From a virus: a stretch of 64,000 bases of DNA. Shown here one piece after another: positions 35,114 through 44,890 of this stretch (position 1 is its first letter; every line of letters starts with the position of its first letter). The stretch covers positions 1 through 64,000 of the IMG/VR virus record IMGVR_UViG_3300050011_000393; one strand, written 5' to 3'. Both the position numbers and the translations under genes were made by a program. Below the pieces are notes generated by a model. The model was given only the letters and a program-made list of their open reading frames with translations. It made no database searches and was not told the DNA's origin.

Positions 35114-35890
35114 ATGAGCGCACCAAAACCGAACGGTATCGTGCTGTTGATTCCGTCCAATGGGCGGAATACTTGTATTGAATGGGCGGCGGCCTTAGCG
35201 TCGTTCAGCTATCCAGTGGGAATGAACCACTTTCTGTACATGAGCAAGGCCGACCCGGACGGCGGCCACACGCGCGCAGAACAGCGTGAAATGCTGGCCG
35301 ATATGGCGGTCAAGATCAATTCCGAATACATGATGTGGATTGATGACGACACAGTCTGCCCCGCCACCACGATTCAAGAACTGTTCTACATCCTGGCACA
35401 AAACCCCAAGGCCGCTATCGCAGGCGGTATCTACTGCACGAAATCACACCCCTCCGAACCGATTGTGTTTTTGGAACTCGGCGGCGGTCCTCACTGGCTA
35501 TGGACCATGGGTGACGTATTTCCATGCAAGGGCCTCGGCACTGGGTGCATGATGGTTCGCACCAGCGTTTTGAAGGACCTCCCCAAACCGTGGTTTCAAG
35601 ACACGTCGAAATCGATTGCGGGGGAGACCGAAGTGCGCGGCGGAGAAACGATTAACGTCGCCGCCCGAACCGGAACCGATGACTTGTACTTCTGCAAGAA
35701 AGTTTCTGAAGCGGGATATGACATCATCGCGCACGGGGGCATTTTACCTGTTCACGTTGATTATTCAGTGAATCCCAACGTCCCCTATAAACTCCCGAAG
35801 AACAGCCATCCAGTGACCTCATATCAAGAGCGCCTAGACGCCTTGAACGCCACGCTGCCACCTGACCAGCAGAAAGTGTTGCTGCCATGA
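35114..35890 (+). CDS. GT-A fold glycosyltransferase
   Basis: WIDDD (DxD), GLGTGCMMV, PWF, TDDLYFC. Confidence 0.82.
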   Translation: MSAPKPNGIVLLIPSNGRNTCIEWAAALASFSYPVGMNHFLYMSKADPDGGHTRAEQREMLADMAVKINSEYMMWIDDDTVCPATTIQELFYILAQNPKAAIAGGIYCTKSHPSEPIVFLELGGGPHWLWTMGDVFPCKGLGTGCMMVRTSVLKDLPKPWFQDTSKSIAGETEVRGGETINVAARTGTDDLYFCKKVSEAGYDIIAHGGILPVHVDYSVNPNVPYKLPKNSHPVTSYQERLDALNATLPPDQQKVLLP

Positions 35891-36771
35891 CGGACCTGGT
35901 GATCGGCTTCGCCGCAAATTTCACCTGGAAAGACCTCGAACCCTTCGCTGTTTCTCTTGCCCGATCAGGGTATACAGGAAAAAAAGTTTTGTTCGCGCAA
36001 CGGTTGACTCAAGAGGCATGCGACTTTTTGACGTCTTTCGGCTTTGAATTACTTCCTCTTCCCGTGCTTGAGTACTCCGACCCTGAAATTACGAAGGGCG
36101 GGTACTTCGCTTACGTGGCGCGCTTCCTCTTGATTCATCGCTACCTGTACGACAACCCCGATTATAGATTTGTGGTGTGCGCCGATACGCGTGACGTCAT
36201 ATTCCAGCACGACCCGATGGCATGGATCGAGAAAAATATCGGCGACAAAGGTATCGTCGCGGCGTCCGAACATATTTATCACTGGGCCCAAAAAGGAAAC
36301 ACTGACTGGGTCATGAAGAATTTCAAGGAAGTCGACTCTTGGATGATGTCTCAGCCCGTGTATTGTTCTGGTCTGATCTCGGGGCGCGCAGACTACATCC
36401 GAGACTTGGCCATGAGCATTTATTTGATGGGCCGCGCACTAAGCGGAAATACCTGGGGAGCAGACCAGCCATCATATAACTCAATCATACACCAGAAAGC
36501 GTACGCGGACGCAACTCTGGTTCCATCCATGTCCGATGCGTACTGCCTACACTTGGTAGTGGTGGCTTTTGAAGAATATCGCAAAATGATGACCGATGCT
36601 CCCCCTCCAGTTCAGTTTGGGACCTGCTCGTCTGATGGCATCAACCCGCCTAATATGTGGGACTACGACCTTCGGGACCTGTCTAATTTCTCGGTCATTC
36701 ACCAATACGACAGAATGCCGAAGCTGGCCGAACAGATTCGCGCGAAATATAAGATGGGTTCGGAAAAGTGA
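35887..36771 (+). CDS. GT-A fold glycosyltransferase-like protein
   Basis: ADTRDVIFQHDP, CSG, ADQ..YN, IHQYDR. Confidence 0.78.
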   Translation: MTDLVIGFAANFTWKDLEPFAVSLARSGYTGKKVLFAQRLTQEACDFLTSFGFELLPLPVLEYSDPEITKGGYFAYVARFLLIHRYLYDNPDYRFVVCADTRDVIFQHDPMAWIEKNIGDKGIVAASEHIYHWAQKGNTDWVMKNFKEVDSWMMSQPVYCSGLISGRADYIRDLAMSIYLMGRALSGNTWGADQPSYNSIIHQKAYADATLVPSMSDAYCLHLVVVAFEEYRKMMTDAPPPVQFGTCSSDGINPPNMWDYDLRDLSNFSVIHQYDRMPKLAEQIRAKYKMGSEK

Positions 36772-36788
36772 CTTGTTCCTCCATAAGT
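36770..36788 (+). promoter_or_regulatory. GACT-N8-CATAAGT motif
   Basis: Exact copy at the head of the tail gene block. Confidence 0.7.
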
Positions 36789-36840
36789 AGAGAGCCACTA
36801 AGGTCTCCTGCAGGTTCCCTGTAGACAAGAGGAAAAGACA

Positions 36841-37812
36841 ATGGCAAATATCGTTAGCTCGCGCGGGCATAATTCATCCTTTCGAGGCGCATCTGCCCCG
36901 AGCGCATTTTATCAAATTTTGACGTCCGATTTCGGTGAACCAGTCCCAGCCGCTCCTGCGCTGACTGTTCGCACTGCTTCGGGCACGATTACCTCCACCA
37001 CTTCCAACATTCAGTTGACTTGGATCACAGCAGAAGGCGTTTCGCTTCCATCAACGAGCACAGGCGTCCTAGTGAACTCGGCCGACGGCGGTGTTTCTAT
37101 CGTACAGCCGACGGTGCCAACAAACGGCCAGACCGTCATCGGGTGGCAGATTTATTCGCAGGGTTCGACGGGCGCTCCGCTGTTGAATACGGCGGGCATT
37201 GTTCCTGCTCCTCAGAATTTTACGACTACGCAAGGCGTTGTGGTCGGGTTCCCTGTGAACACGACAACGGTTTTCCAGAACAGCCTTGGTACAGGCGCAG
37301 TGGTTCCTGCAATCGACCGCTCAGGTATTCAGCCCGCTCTGCCTTCGGTTGTAGCTGCGACTGGCAGCACGCAAGGCAATGTCGCAACTGCTACTTTCAT
37401 CGTGCCGAACAACGGCTCGCAATGGAAGACTTACAAATCTGTCGGTGTGATGCGCCCTGACTCGACTCCCGAAAACTTTGGGATCAGTTCCAATTATCCT
37501 TGGGATTGTCAAGCCCCTCTTTATCCTGGCGCAACACCCGGAGCCACCACTTACACGCAAGTGGCGGTGACCCCAGGAACTTATATGACGATGAACGGCA
37601 CGCTGTTTGTCTCCACTCTGGCAACCAACAGCACAGCCGCAACATTCGTCGGTGCAGCCGCATTTAACGTCGCCAAGGGGTCAACTGTAACAGATGGTTC
37701 CGTGACGTGGCTCTGCCTCGGAAAAGCGACGGTGATTAAGGCCGTCTTTGAGAACGCAGGCACAACCACTACCCAACCCGTGGCGCAGGAGTACGATTTG
37801 TACCAGAACTAA
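36841..37812 (+). CDS. Virion structural protein
   Basis: Beta-rich Thr/Gly; TVTDGSVTWLCLG module. Confidence 0.6.
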   Translation: MANIVSSRGHNSSFRGASAPSAFYQILTSDFGEPVPAAPALTVRTASGTITSTTSNIQLTWITAEGVSLPSTSTGVLVNSADGGVSIVQPTVPTNGQTVIGWQIYSQGSTGAPLLNTAGIVPAPQNFTTTQGVVVGFPVNTTTVFQNSLGTGAVVPAIDRSGIQPALPSVVAATGSTQGNVATATFIVPNNGSQWKTYKSVGVMRPDSTPENFGISSNYPWDCQAPLYPGATPGATTYTQVAVTPGTYMTMNGTLFVSTLATNSTAATFVGAAAFNVAKGSTVTDGSVTWLCLGKATVIKAVFENAGTTTTQPVAQEYDLYQN

Positions 37813-37907
37813 AATTTCGGCACGGGCTCGCAGACGTTATCTGAGACTCTGTGGGCCCCTCGCCTTAAAATGCAGTAGAACTAAAAATTAAAACGGAGGC
37901 ACCATCA

Positions 37908-38258
37908 ATGAGCGAAACACAAGCCGTACCTGTTGCGGGGACACCCGCTCCAGTAGCAACACCGAAGCCGAACGCGATTCAACTTATCGAAGCCGAACTC
38001 GCAAATTTCATCAAGCAGGCAGAAGTAGCGGCCAAGAATACGGAACAGGCTGTCGCCAATGTTCACGCTATTCAGGGCGCGATTCAAGGCACCAAGCACC
38101 TGTTGGCCAAGCTGCAAGGTGCAGCCATTGCCGCCGAAGCTGAAGTGAAGAAGGTCCTCGGCGAAGCGAAGCCTGAAGCCGTGAAGATTGTGACGGAAGT
38201 CGAGACCGAAGAGAAAACGGTCGTCGCGGATATCGAAGCCGAAGCGAAGAAACTGTAG
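37908..38258 (+). CDS. Coiled-coil hypothetical protein
   Basis: GGAGG SD; Ala/Glu/Lys rich. Confidence 0.6.
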   Translation: MSETQAVPVAGTPAPVATPKPNAIQLIEAELANFIKQAEVAAKNTEQAVANVHAIQGAIQGTKHLLAKLQGAAIAAEAEVKKVLGEAKPEAVKIVTEVETEEKTVVADIEAEAKKL

Positions 38259-38362
38259 TTATACCGATCTTCCAGAGACCTGCTGCTCACAGGACTGGAT
38301 TGCTCCGAACGCCCTGCTTCGCTAAAAACGGAGCAGGGCGTCTTTATTTCAGGAGAAAAAGA

Positions 38363-39760
38363 ATGAATTCGAACGGTGTACCAAACGTCAATCAGACCAC
38401 CACTCTCCAGGCGATGGCGGATCAATTACGCATCCATACAAAGCTCCAGAACTACTTTAATGTGGGCGGGGTCGACAGCCAACCGATGCTACGTTTGGCC
38501 GACAACGTGATGCAGATGTTGCTCACCAAGCGAATGCCGTGGAAATTTAACCGCGTTCAGATGGGGTCCAATAACCCTGCCGTCAATCCTGATTTTTTCG
38601 TCACGCAAATGGGTTTCCAAGATTTTAAACATGCGGGAGCTTCTTGTTTCGCTCTGATCAACAGCGTAACTCCTGGCGGCCAGCTTCCTGCAGGCGGCGC
38701 GGGCGTGGATTTAGCGCCAGGCGTGTACCAGAACGGCAACGCACGCATTACGTATGGGCCGTTCAACGGGGGTAATTCCTATGGGCCGACGGGAAATTGG
38801 CAAACCGCCGGAATAATATTCAACCCTACAACTGGTAATTTTACAGTTCAGTTTCTTGATCCCCACCCGTTTCAAGCCGGAAATATAGGGACGTCTCAAA
38901 TTCTTATATCGGGCGTCGTTAATCCGGCGTTCAACAGCACATTCACGTACAACCAATTAGCCCAGACCAGCCAATGGATCGGCAGCTATACCCTGGTCTC
39001 GATTCCCGACAATTTTCATATCGTACTGCAGGGCAACTCCAATCACAGCGGCGCAATCTCGAATATATCCGCTTCGGGCAGTATCACAACGGTCTCGGTC
39101 GCTCAGACCATGACGCCTGGCGACATCATGACGTTCACTGGCGTCACGACCAACAGCGCACTGAATGGGCTGACAGTCACGCTCCTGACCGCTACAGGCA
39201 ACGCAGTGACGTTTCTGACCCCATCAGGCGTAACGATCACGAACGGAGTTGATACGGGCACCATGTACGCGGCCCCGTCTGGCGCGCCCGGCATCTGGAA
39301 TCTGGGATGGGTCGAGTCGGCTGCAGTAATCGATATCAACAATCCAAGTTTTCCTCTACCTATATCTCCGATTGATGCGGTGCATCGTCTTGCTCCCGAG
39401 TATTCCAGTCGCGGAGAAGACATGAACCTGTCGTGCGAAATCGATTTCGGTAATGGAGTCGTGAAATTTAGATTGTCCGAGCCTGTCAGCACGTATCCAT
39501 TCGCTTTCAGCGTCAACTACCAAGCGAAGGCTCCGAAATTTACATCTGGCCAATCAATTTTTCAATGGCCTGATGATTTATCCTACGTGTTGTTTGAGAT
39601 GCTGCTTTGGCAGGGCATGCGCTTCGCGTACGGGATTACTTCGGCTGAGACCCAAGCACAGGCGCAGTCAGCGCAGATGGCGCTTATGGCGGCTCTGGCT
39701 TCCGAAGACCGCGAAGATAATGTTCAGGCGATTACGCCGAATCGTTCGCTGATGATGTAA
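38363..39760 (+). CDS. Head-tail adaptor-like protein with beta-domain insertions
   Basis: Helical ends (PWKFN; WPDDLSYVLFE) around a beta-rich insert. Confidence 0.5.
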   Translation: MNSNGVPNVNQTTTLQAMADQLRIHTKLQNYFNVGGVDSQPMLRLADNVMQMLLTKRMPWKFNRVQMGSNNPAVNPDFFVTQMGFQDFKHAGASCFALINSVTPGGQLPAGGAGVDLAPGVYQNGNARITYGPFNGGNSYGPTGNWQTAGIIFNPTTGNFTVQFLDPHPFQAGNIGTSQILISGVVNPAFNSTFTYNQLAQTSQWIGSYTLVSIPDNFHIVLQGNSNHSGAISNISASGSITTVSVAQTMTPGDIMTFTGVTTNSALNGLTVTLLTATGNAVTFLTPSGVTITNGVDTGTMYAAPSGAPGIWNLGWVESAAVIDINNPSFPLPISPIDAVHRLAPEYSSRGEDMNLSCEIDFGNGVVKFRLSEPVSTYPFAFSVNYQAKAPKFTSGQSIFQWPDDLSYVLFEMLLWQGMRFAYGITSAETQAQAQSAQMALMAALASEDREDNVQAITPNRSLMM

Positions 39761-39770
39761 TCGAGGATTT

Positions 39771-40115
39771 GTGATCACACTTACGGGCGGAAATATTGGA
39801 GTGCCGAACGGGTCCATCCGATTTCAGTTGAACCAGGATGCGCGGGTTGTCGCTGCACCATACGGCCAGGTTCCCGCAACTCTTGTGGTCACGTACCAGT
39901 TCGACGCCACGGGCAATCTGATTCAACCTTGTCCGCTATGGTCGAACGCAGAACTGACGCCACAGCTTTCGAATGTCTTGCTAGGGACTTTTTATCTTGT
40001 TGCAGTTTATTCGCAAAGCGGGGCGCTAGTATCGGGTCCGATGCGCTGGATTTTTCCGAACCCGAGCGGTTCAACTGTTGACATCGGAACGATGGTTGCG
40101 CTGGAAGTTGAATAG
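39771..40115 (+). CDS. Tail fibre attachment-domain protein
   Basis: Paralog of the N-terminus of 42191..44167 (VPNGSIRFQLN.DA...AAPYG). Confidence 0.65.
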   Translation: MITLTGGNIGVPNGSIRFQLNQDARVVAAPYGQVPATLVVTYQFDATGNLIQPCPLWSNAELTPQLSNVLLGTFYLVAVYSQSGALVSGPMRWIFPNPSGSTVDIGTMVALEVE

Positions 40116-40124
40116 GAGTTTTAT

Positions 40125-42191
40125 ATGGGTCAAATTTATTATCCATCGCCGTTCACCTTCATACCTGAGCCGCCTAATGTTGTTCTGGCGGGTCCTGCTT
40201 CTGGGAGCTCGGCTTTGCCGACATTTCGCGCGCTCGTGGCGGCGGACTTACCCGCAGTCGCATCGGCGTCCGTTCAGTCGCTTGATGTGTCGACTTTCGC
40301 TGGCGCAGACTTGGGTGCGAAGTTACTTGCAGCCCAGGCAGTCGCTCCCGCTGCGGGATGTGTTCTCGACTGTCGCAACCTCACATCACCCCAGACTCTG
40401 TCCACTGCGGTCAACATTACTGGCCCTCACCGAATCTTGGCGACGGGCTTAGTTGTCACCCAGACGGCAACGATCACGTTGACAGGGAATAACTCGGGCG
40501 TCCTCGGCACGCCTGGCCGCGCGTTCATTTTCAACAAAGGCGCGAACCTTGCCCAGCAGATTATCATCACTGGTAATGACGTGGTTGTGGATAACGTAAC
40601 GCTGAACGGTGCAATAGGGTCTGGGTATACAGGCAACGGCATTCAGGTCACGCTAGGCGCGCTCCGTCCTATCATTTCTAACTCGACAATCACAGGTCAG
40701 TTCACCGACGCGATTCATGACTTGGGCTCAACGGACTTGGATCTTAGTTTTTGTGATCTCACCGCCTTCGGCGTGAATGGTTTCAACGCGACCTCGGCAA
40801 ATACCTTGTATGCACGCATCGTCGGCACCACAATTGTGGACTCTGCCACCTCGACAGGGAACGCGGTCGTGGTGCGCGGCGGTATATTCCTCACCGATTG
40901 TCGCATCCTCACCAGCAGCAATAATGTCTGCGTGAACAATATTGGGTCTGTCACAATCGTAAGCTGCTTCATCAGTAACACAGGCGGCAACAGTTGTTAT
41001 ACTGCTTCGGCGCACGTAGGAAACATCTCATCTTCTACCCTTAGCGGCGGTGGAACTGTATCGGCAGTTGTTCAACCTTGCGTCTATGCAACACAAGGGA
41101 CCCTGACCCTGACGGGGAACACGATCCAAGGTGCAGGTGTTGGCTACGCAGTCCATGCCGACAGTTTACAAAATGGAAACCTGATCATCGCCCATAACCA
41201 GCTCGGTCAGTCTTTTACTTCGCAGGGGTATGCCATCATTTGGTTATCCGGCGACTCGATTGGTATGGTCGTTCACCACAACTCCATTATATTTGCTGAT
41301 AACTCGCCTACGGGTGTTAACTACGGTATCTGGCTGCAAACACCTAACGGCGCTCACTGCATTCAACACCGTATTGAAGACAACATTTTCCGTGCTGGTG
41401 GCGGCGGTAGCCTCGACGATATCGGAATCTTGCTAGACAATACGACTAGCAACGGGGTAAGCAGCGGACACATCATCAGCAGAAACTCTTTTGTGGATAT
41501 GACGGTAGGCATTGCGCGGAACGATCCGCCGTCGTATATGACATGCCTTTTCGAGGAAAATACTACCAACACCGGACCTATTTTCCAGACTCCAGTCGCA
41601 GGTGGCACCCTAGACGTCATTATCTCGCACTATGTGCCTTTCACTGTCGCGACTCTTCCGGTTTGCGGTGCTGGCTCGGAAATCCTTGTATCTGACGGGT
41701 TGCCAACAAGTCCGGTTAGAGCAGGTGCGGGATACTATCCACAGACTACGATTGCGACCCCGACATCTGCCGGATGGGCTGCAATGACTTCGCCTGTTGT
41801 GGCTCAGGTCAACCTAACTGCGCAAACAGCTACGTTGGCTAACCAGTATATTCCGGCCTCCGCACCGTTTTATGCGTCCGGACAGTACTTACTGACGTGG
41901 AATGCCAAACTAACGACGGTCGGGTCGGTCTCATCCACGCTCGGTCAAATGTACATCATGTACACCGATCCAGATGGCACCGCTATAACTTTGAGCGCCA
42001 CGGCTATGATTCCCGCCGGGACCTTTGCTCTGACAAGCGCGGCCAACACGGTTGCAGGGGCGGTTCTAATCGGCATGCCGCTGCTGTTGAATGTTAAACA
42101 GGGCGCGCGAATTTTATACAGCTTTGTTTTCGCACAAAGCGGCTCTCCGGCCGCTCAGTATAATCTCAACATTTGTTTGGAGATTCGATAA
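40125..42191 (+). CDS. Tailspike/receptor-binding protein with parallel beta-helix
   Basis: Repeated I..N.I / G.GI.. turns typical of pectin-lyase-like folds. Confidence 0.7.
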   Translation: MGQIYYPSPFTFIPEPPNVVLAGPASGSSALPTFRALVAADLPAVASASVQSLDVSTFAGADLGAKLLAAQAVAPAAGCVLDCRNLTSPQTLSTAVNITGPHRILATGLVVTQTATITLTGNNSGVLGTPGRAFIFNKGANLAQQIIITGNDVVVDNVTLNGAIGSGYTGNGIQVTLGALRPIISNSTITGQFTDAIHDLGSTDLDLSFCDLTAFGVNGFNATSANTLYARIVGTTIVDSATSTGNAVVVRGGIFLTDCRILTSSNNVCVNNIGSVTIVSCFISNTGGNSCYTASAHVGNISSSTLSGGGTVSAVVQPCVYATQGTLTLTGNTIQGAGVGYAVHADSLQNGNLIIAHNQLGQSFTSQGYAIIWLSGDSIGMVVHHNSIIFADNSPTGVNYGIWLQTPNGAHCIQHRIEDNIFRAGGGGSLDDIGILLDNTTSNGVSSGHIISRNSFVDMTVGIARNDPPSYMTCLFEENTTNTGPIFQTPVAGGTLDVIISHYVPFTVATLPVCGAGSEILVSDGLPTSPVRAGAGYYPQTTIATPTSAGWAAMTSPVVAQVNLTAQTATLANQYIPASAPFYASGQYLLTWNAKLTTVGSVSSTLGQMYIMYTDPDGTAITLSATAMIPAGTFALTSAANTVAGAVLIGMPLLLNVKQGARILYSFVFAQSGSPAAQYNLNICLEIR

Positions 42192-44167
42192 TGATAATCT
42201 TACAGAACGGATTTCCGCAATCACCAAACGGGCTGATTGTCCCGAACGGGTCGATCAGGTTCCAGCTCAATACCGACGCGACGATTATCGCCGCGCCGTA
42301 CGGATTTGTGTTCGCAGCGAATCCAGTCACTTTTCAATTCAACTCTGCAGGGCAGATCCAGCCGAACACTGGCGCATTCGCACAGATATGGTCCAATCAG
42401 GAGTTGAATCCTCAAAACACCTTCGGCCTCGGCACATATTACTTGGTGACGTTCTATGACCAGAATGGCGCTTTGCTGAACACGACTCCGCTCTGGTGGC
42501 AGTTTCCTGAAACAATCGGAACCACTGTTGACATCAGCAACATGACGGCCATCGCCACAATCGGCGGGAACATTATTTTTTACCCTACGAATTTTCTCGG
42601 CGGGACAGGAACCGTAACCAGCGTCGCGTTTGTCGGGGACGGCACAATCTTGTCCGCGACCCCATCGACGGCCGTGACTACTGCAGGAAATATTTCTGCG
42701 ACGCTGTTGACGCAGAGCGCCAATTTAGTGCTTGCGGGGCCTACGACAGGTATCGCGGCCTTACCAACATTCCGCGCGATTACTCTCGCGGATCTTCCCG
42801 CAGGCATAAATATTTGGAATGATCTGGGCGCACCAACCGGAAACCTAGTCCTAGCGACCACGACTTTTAACACGACATTCACGTCGACGACTCCGACGAT
42901 TTGGGCGTGGGCGAATATTACGGCCGCAACCAGCGGCGCGAATCAAAATTCTCCGGTTATTTCTTTTGCCGGAACGTATTGGACAGGCGCTACTAGTGCA
43001 AGCGATGCTTATTCCTTTCAAAATATAATTCCGCCGGGAATTAATCCAGCTACAATTTTTATTCTTGCCCATACAGGTTCAGGTGTTGGAAATTTCACCT
43101 TTAATGGGCAAGTAAATTTTGGATCCATCAATTCCGCGGCTAATATCACAGCCTCTACGAACATACGTGTTTCACCTACTACAGGCATAGCTACTAATAT
43201 AGCTAATGTTAATTCCAGTGTGCTTTCCATAAGCGGGGCCTATTGGACAGGTTCTGTATCTGCTGCAGATACATGGACGTTTAATGATATATTGGGGACC
43301 GGAACGAATCCAACTTCGACTCTCACAATAACCCAAACCGGGTCTTCAGGCGTTGCCTTGGTTCAAGTAAATAGCAGTATTAACATTCCTACAGGAAGCA
43401 CCTATCAAATTAACGGCGTACCTCTGAGTACTTCTAGTGCATTCAGTAGTTTAACGGGGGGTACGAATTCCGCAGCATCTATGATTGTGGGAACAGGGGC
43501 CAGTTTAGGGATATCTGGGTCAGGAACAATCACAGCTACAGGATTGACGGGAACTCCCGCTATTACCGTTGGCGCGATCACTAACACCGCGATTACAGCG
43601 AGCGGTCTCATCACTGGGAAAGCAAACATCCAATTAGGTGTTTCAGGAACTACTTCGGGAGTGATTACTCTAGAAGGATCTACTTCGGGGGCTTCTACTA
43701 TCACGGGACCTGCGGTTGCGGGAACGATAACAAATCCCATTGCTTTTAGTAATGCTATTTCTATAGCTGAAACCCTGATGTTTAATAACACCTCTGGTAC
43801 GCTAGGTCAAATTGTATTTGTGCCGAGTGGCGGCACTTACTTCGACTATTTGAACACTCTAAGTTTTCGATCTATTACAGATGGCCTAGCTTCACTTCTT
43901 GTTCTTGGAACGACAGCCGCAGCCGCTGTGACTGTCGCCGGAACAACAACGTCTTCGACTGTTGTGTTAACGGCAGCGACTCCAACTTCAACTACAGGGC
44001 AAGTCGGGCTAGGCACCACCGCGGGATTTGGAAACGGCACGCCAGCAACGCCGATGACAACTACAACAAAGAGTACGGGGACGGGCCCAACTACACCGCA
44101 GACCATTGTGAACTATCTTGAAATTGATATCGCGGGCACGAAATATTGGATTCCGCTTGTTCAATAA
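42191..44167 (+). CDS. Tail fibre protein
   Basis: Gly/Thr/Ser rich, internal duplicated YWTG module, terminal YWIPL. Confidence 0.7.
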   Translation: MIILQNGFPQSPNGLIVPNGSIRFQLNTDATIIAAPYGFVFAANPVTFQFNSAGQIQPNTGAFAQIWSNQELNPQNTFGLGTYYLVTFYDQNGALLNTTPLWWQFPETIGTTVDISNMTAIATIGGNIIFYPTNFLGGTGTVTSVAFVGDGTILSATPSTAVTTAGNISATLLTQSANLVLAGPTTGIAALPTFRAITLADLPAGINIWNDLGAPTGNLVLATTTFNTTFTSTTPTIWAWANITAATSGANQNSPVISFAGTYWTGATSASDAYSFQNIIPPGINPATIFILAHTGSGVGNFTFNGQVNFGSINSAANITASTNIRVSPTTGIATNIANVNSSVLSISGAYWTGSVSAADTWTFNDILGTGTNPTSTLTITQTGSSGVALVQVNSSINIPTGSTYQINGVPLSTSSAFSSLTGGTNSAASMIVGTGASLGISGSGTITATGLTGTPAITVGAITNTAITASGLITGKANIQLGVSGTTSGVITLEGSTSGASTITGPAVAGTITNPIAFSNAISIAETLMFNNTSGTLGQIVFVPSGGTYFDYLNTLSFRSITDGLASLLVLGTTAAAAVTVAGTTTSSTVVLTAATPTSTTGQVGLGTTAGFGNGTPATPMTTTTKSTGTGPTTPQTIVNYLEIDIAGTKYWIPLVQ

Positions 44168-44171
44168 TTAA

Positions 44172-44190
44172 GACTTCTTTCCCCATAAGT
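44172..44190 (+). promoter_or_regulatory. GACT-N8-CATAAGT motif
   Basis: Exact copy. Confidence 0.7.
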
Positions 44191-44218
44191 AGAGGGGTCA
44201 TTCCCTCATCCAAAATTT

Positions 44219-44890
44219 ATGGCAACTGCTCCCATTTTCGGAGAAATCTACGTTCATATGAATGTATCGAATGGGAAGAGCTACGTCGGTCAGACAACTG
44301 TCGGCATGGCGAAGCGGTGGGCTGGCCACATAAAAGAGCGGCGAAATCGAGTTTTTTCACATGCTATTAGAAAGTATGGGGTTGAGTTTTTTGCCCATCA
44401 AGTTTTGTCTGTGGCGTCTTCCCAAGAGCAATTAGATAATTTGGAAAAACTCTGGATTATTCTTCTTCAAACCAAAACTCCAAACGGATATAACCTAACA
44501 AACGGAGGAGAGGCAGGAACTTTAGGGTATCGACATACTCCGGAATCTTTGGCTCTTATTACGGCAGCGTCAGCGGGGAGAAAAGCGTCTCCGGTCACTC
44601 GGGAAAAACTTTCCAAAATTCATATAGGTAAGAAAATGCCTCGCAGCGGGGTTGAAAAAATGGCGGCCAGCAAGCGCGGAAAAAAGCAGTCTTCCGAGAC
44701 TATTGCTAAACGTTCAGCCGCGATGTCTAAAGTGATGCTAGGAAAAAAGAAATCCGATTCTCATCGTCGAAATATCGGATTAGCCCAAAAAGGTAAAAAG
44801 CAAACCGCAGAGCGTAAAGCAAATACATCAAAGGTTATGCAGGCGTGGTGGGATGCGAGAAAGAAGGTATCGCCATGGCCCGCCGCATAA
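44219..44890 (+). CDS. GIY-YIG homing endonuclease with NUMOD3 repeats
   Basis: EIY...NGKSYVGQT..R...H, GYNLTNGG, repeated GKK.S.E motifs. Confidence 0.9.
   Translation: MATAPIFGEIYVHMNVSNGKSYVGQTTVGMAKRWAGHIKERRNRVFSHAIRKYGVEFFAHQVLSVASSQEQLDNLEKLWIILLQTKTPNGYNLTNGGEAGTLGYRHTPESLALITAASAGRKASPVTREKLSKIHIGKKMPRSGVEKMAASKRGKKQSSETIAKRSAAMSKVMLGKKKSDSHRRNIGLAQKGKKQTAERKANTSKVMQAWWDARKKVSPWPAA

Noticed and set aside
39771-44167. Diversity-generating retroelement acting on tail fibres
   Set aside because: No reverse transcriptase and no adenine-specific TR/VR pair seen; similarity is at protein level
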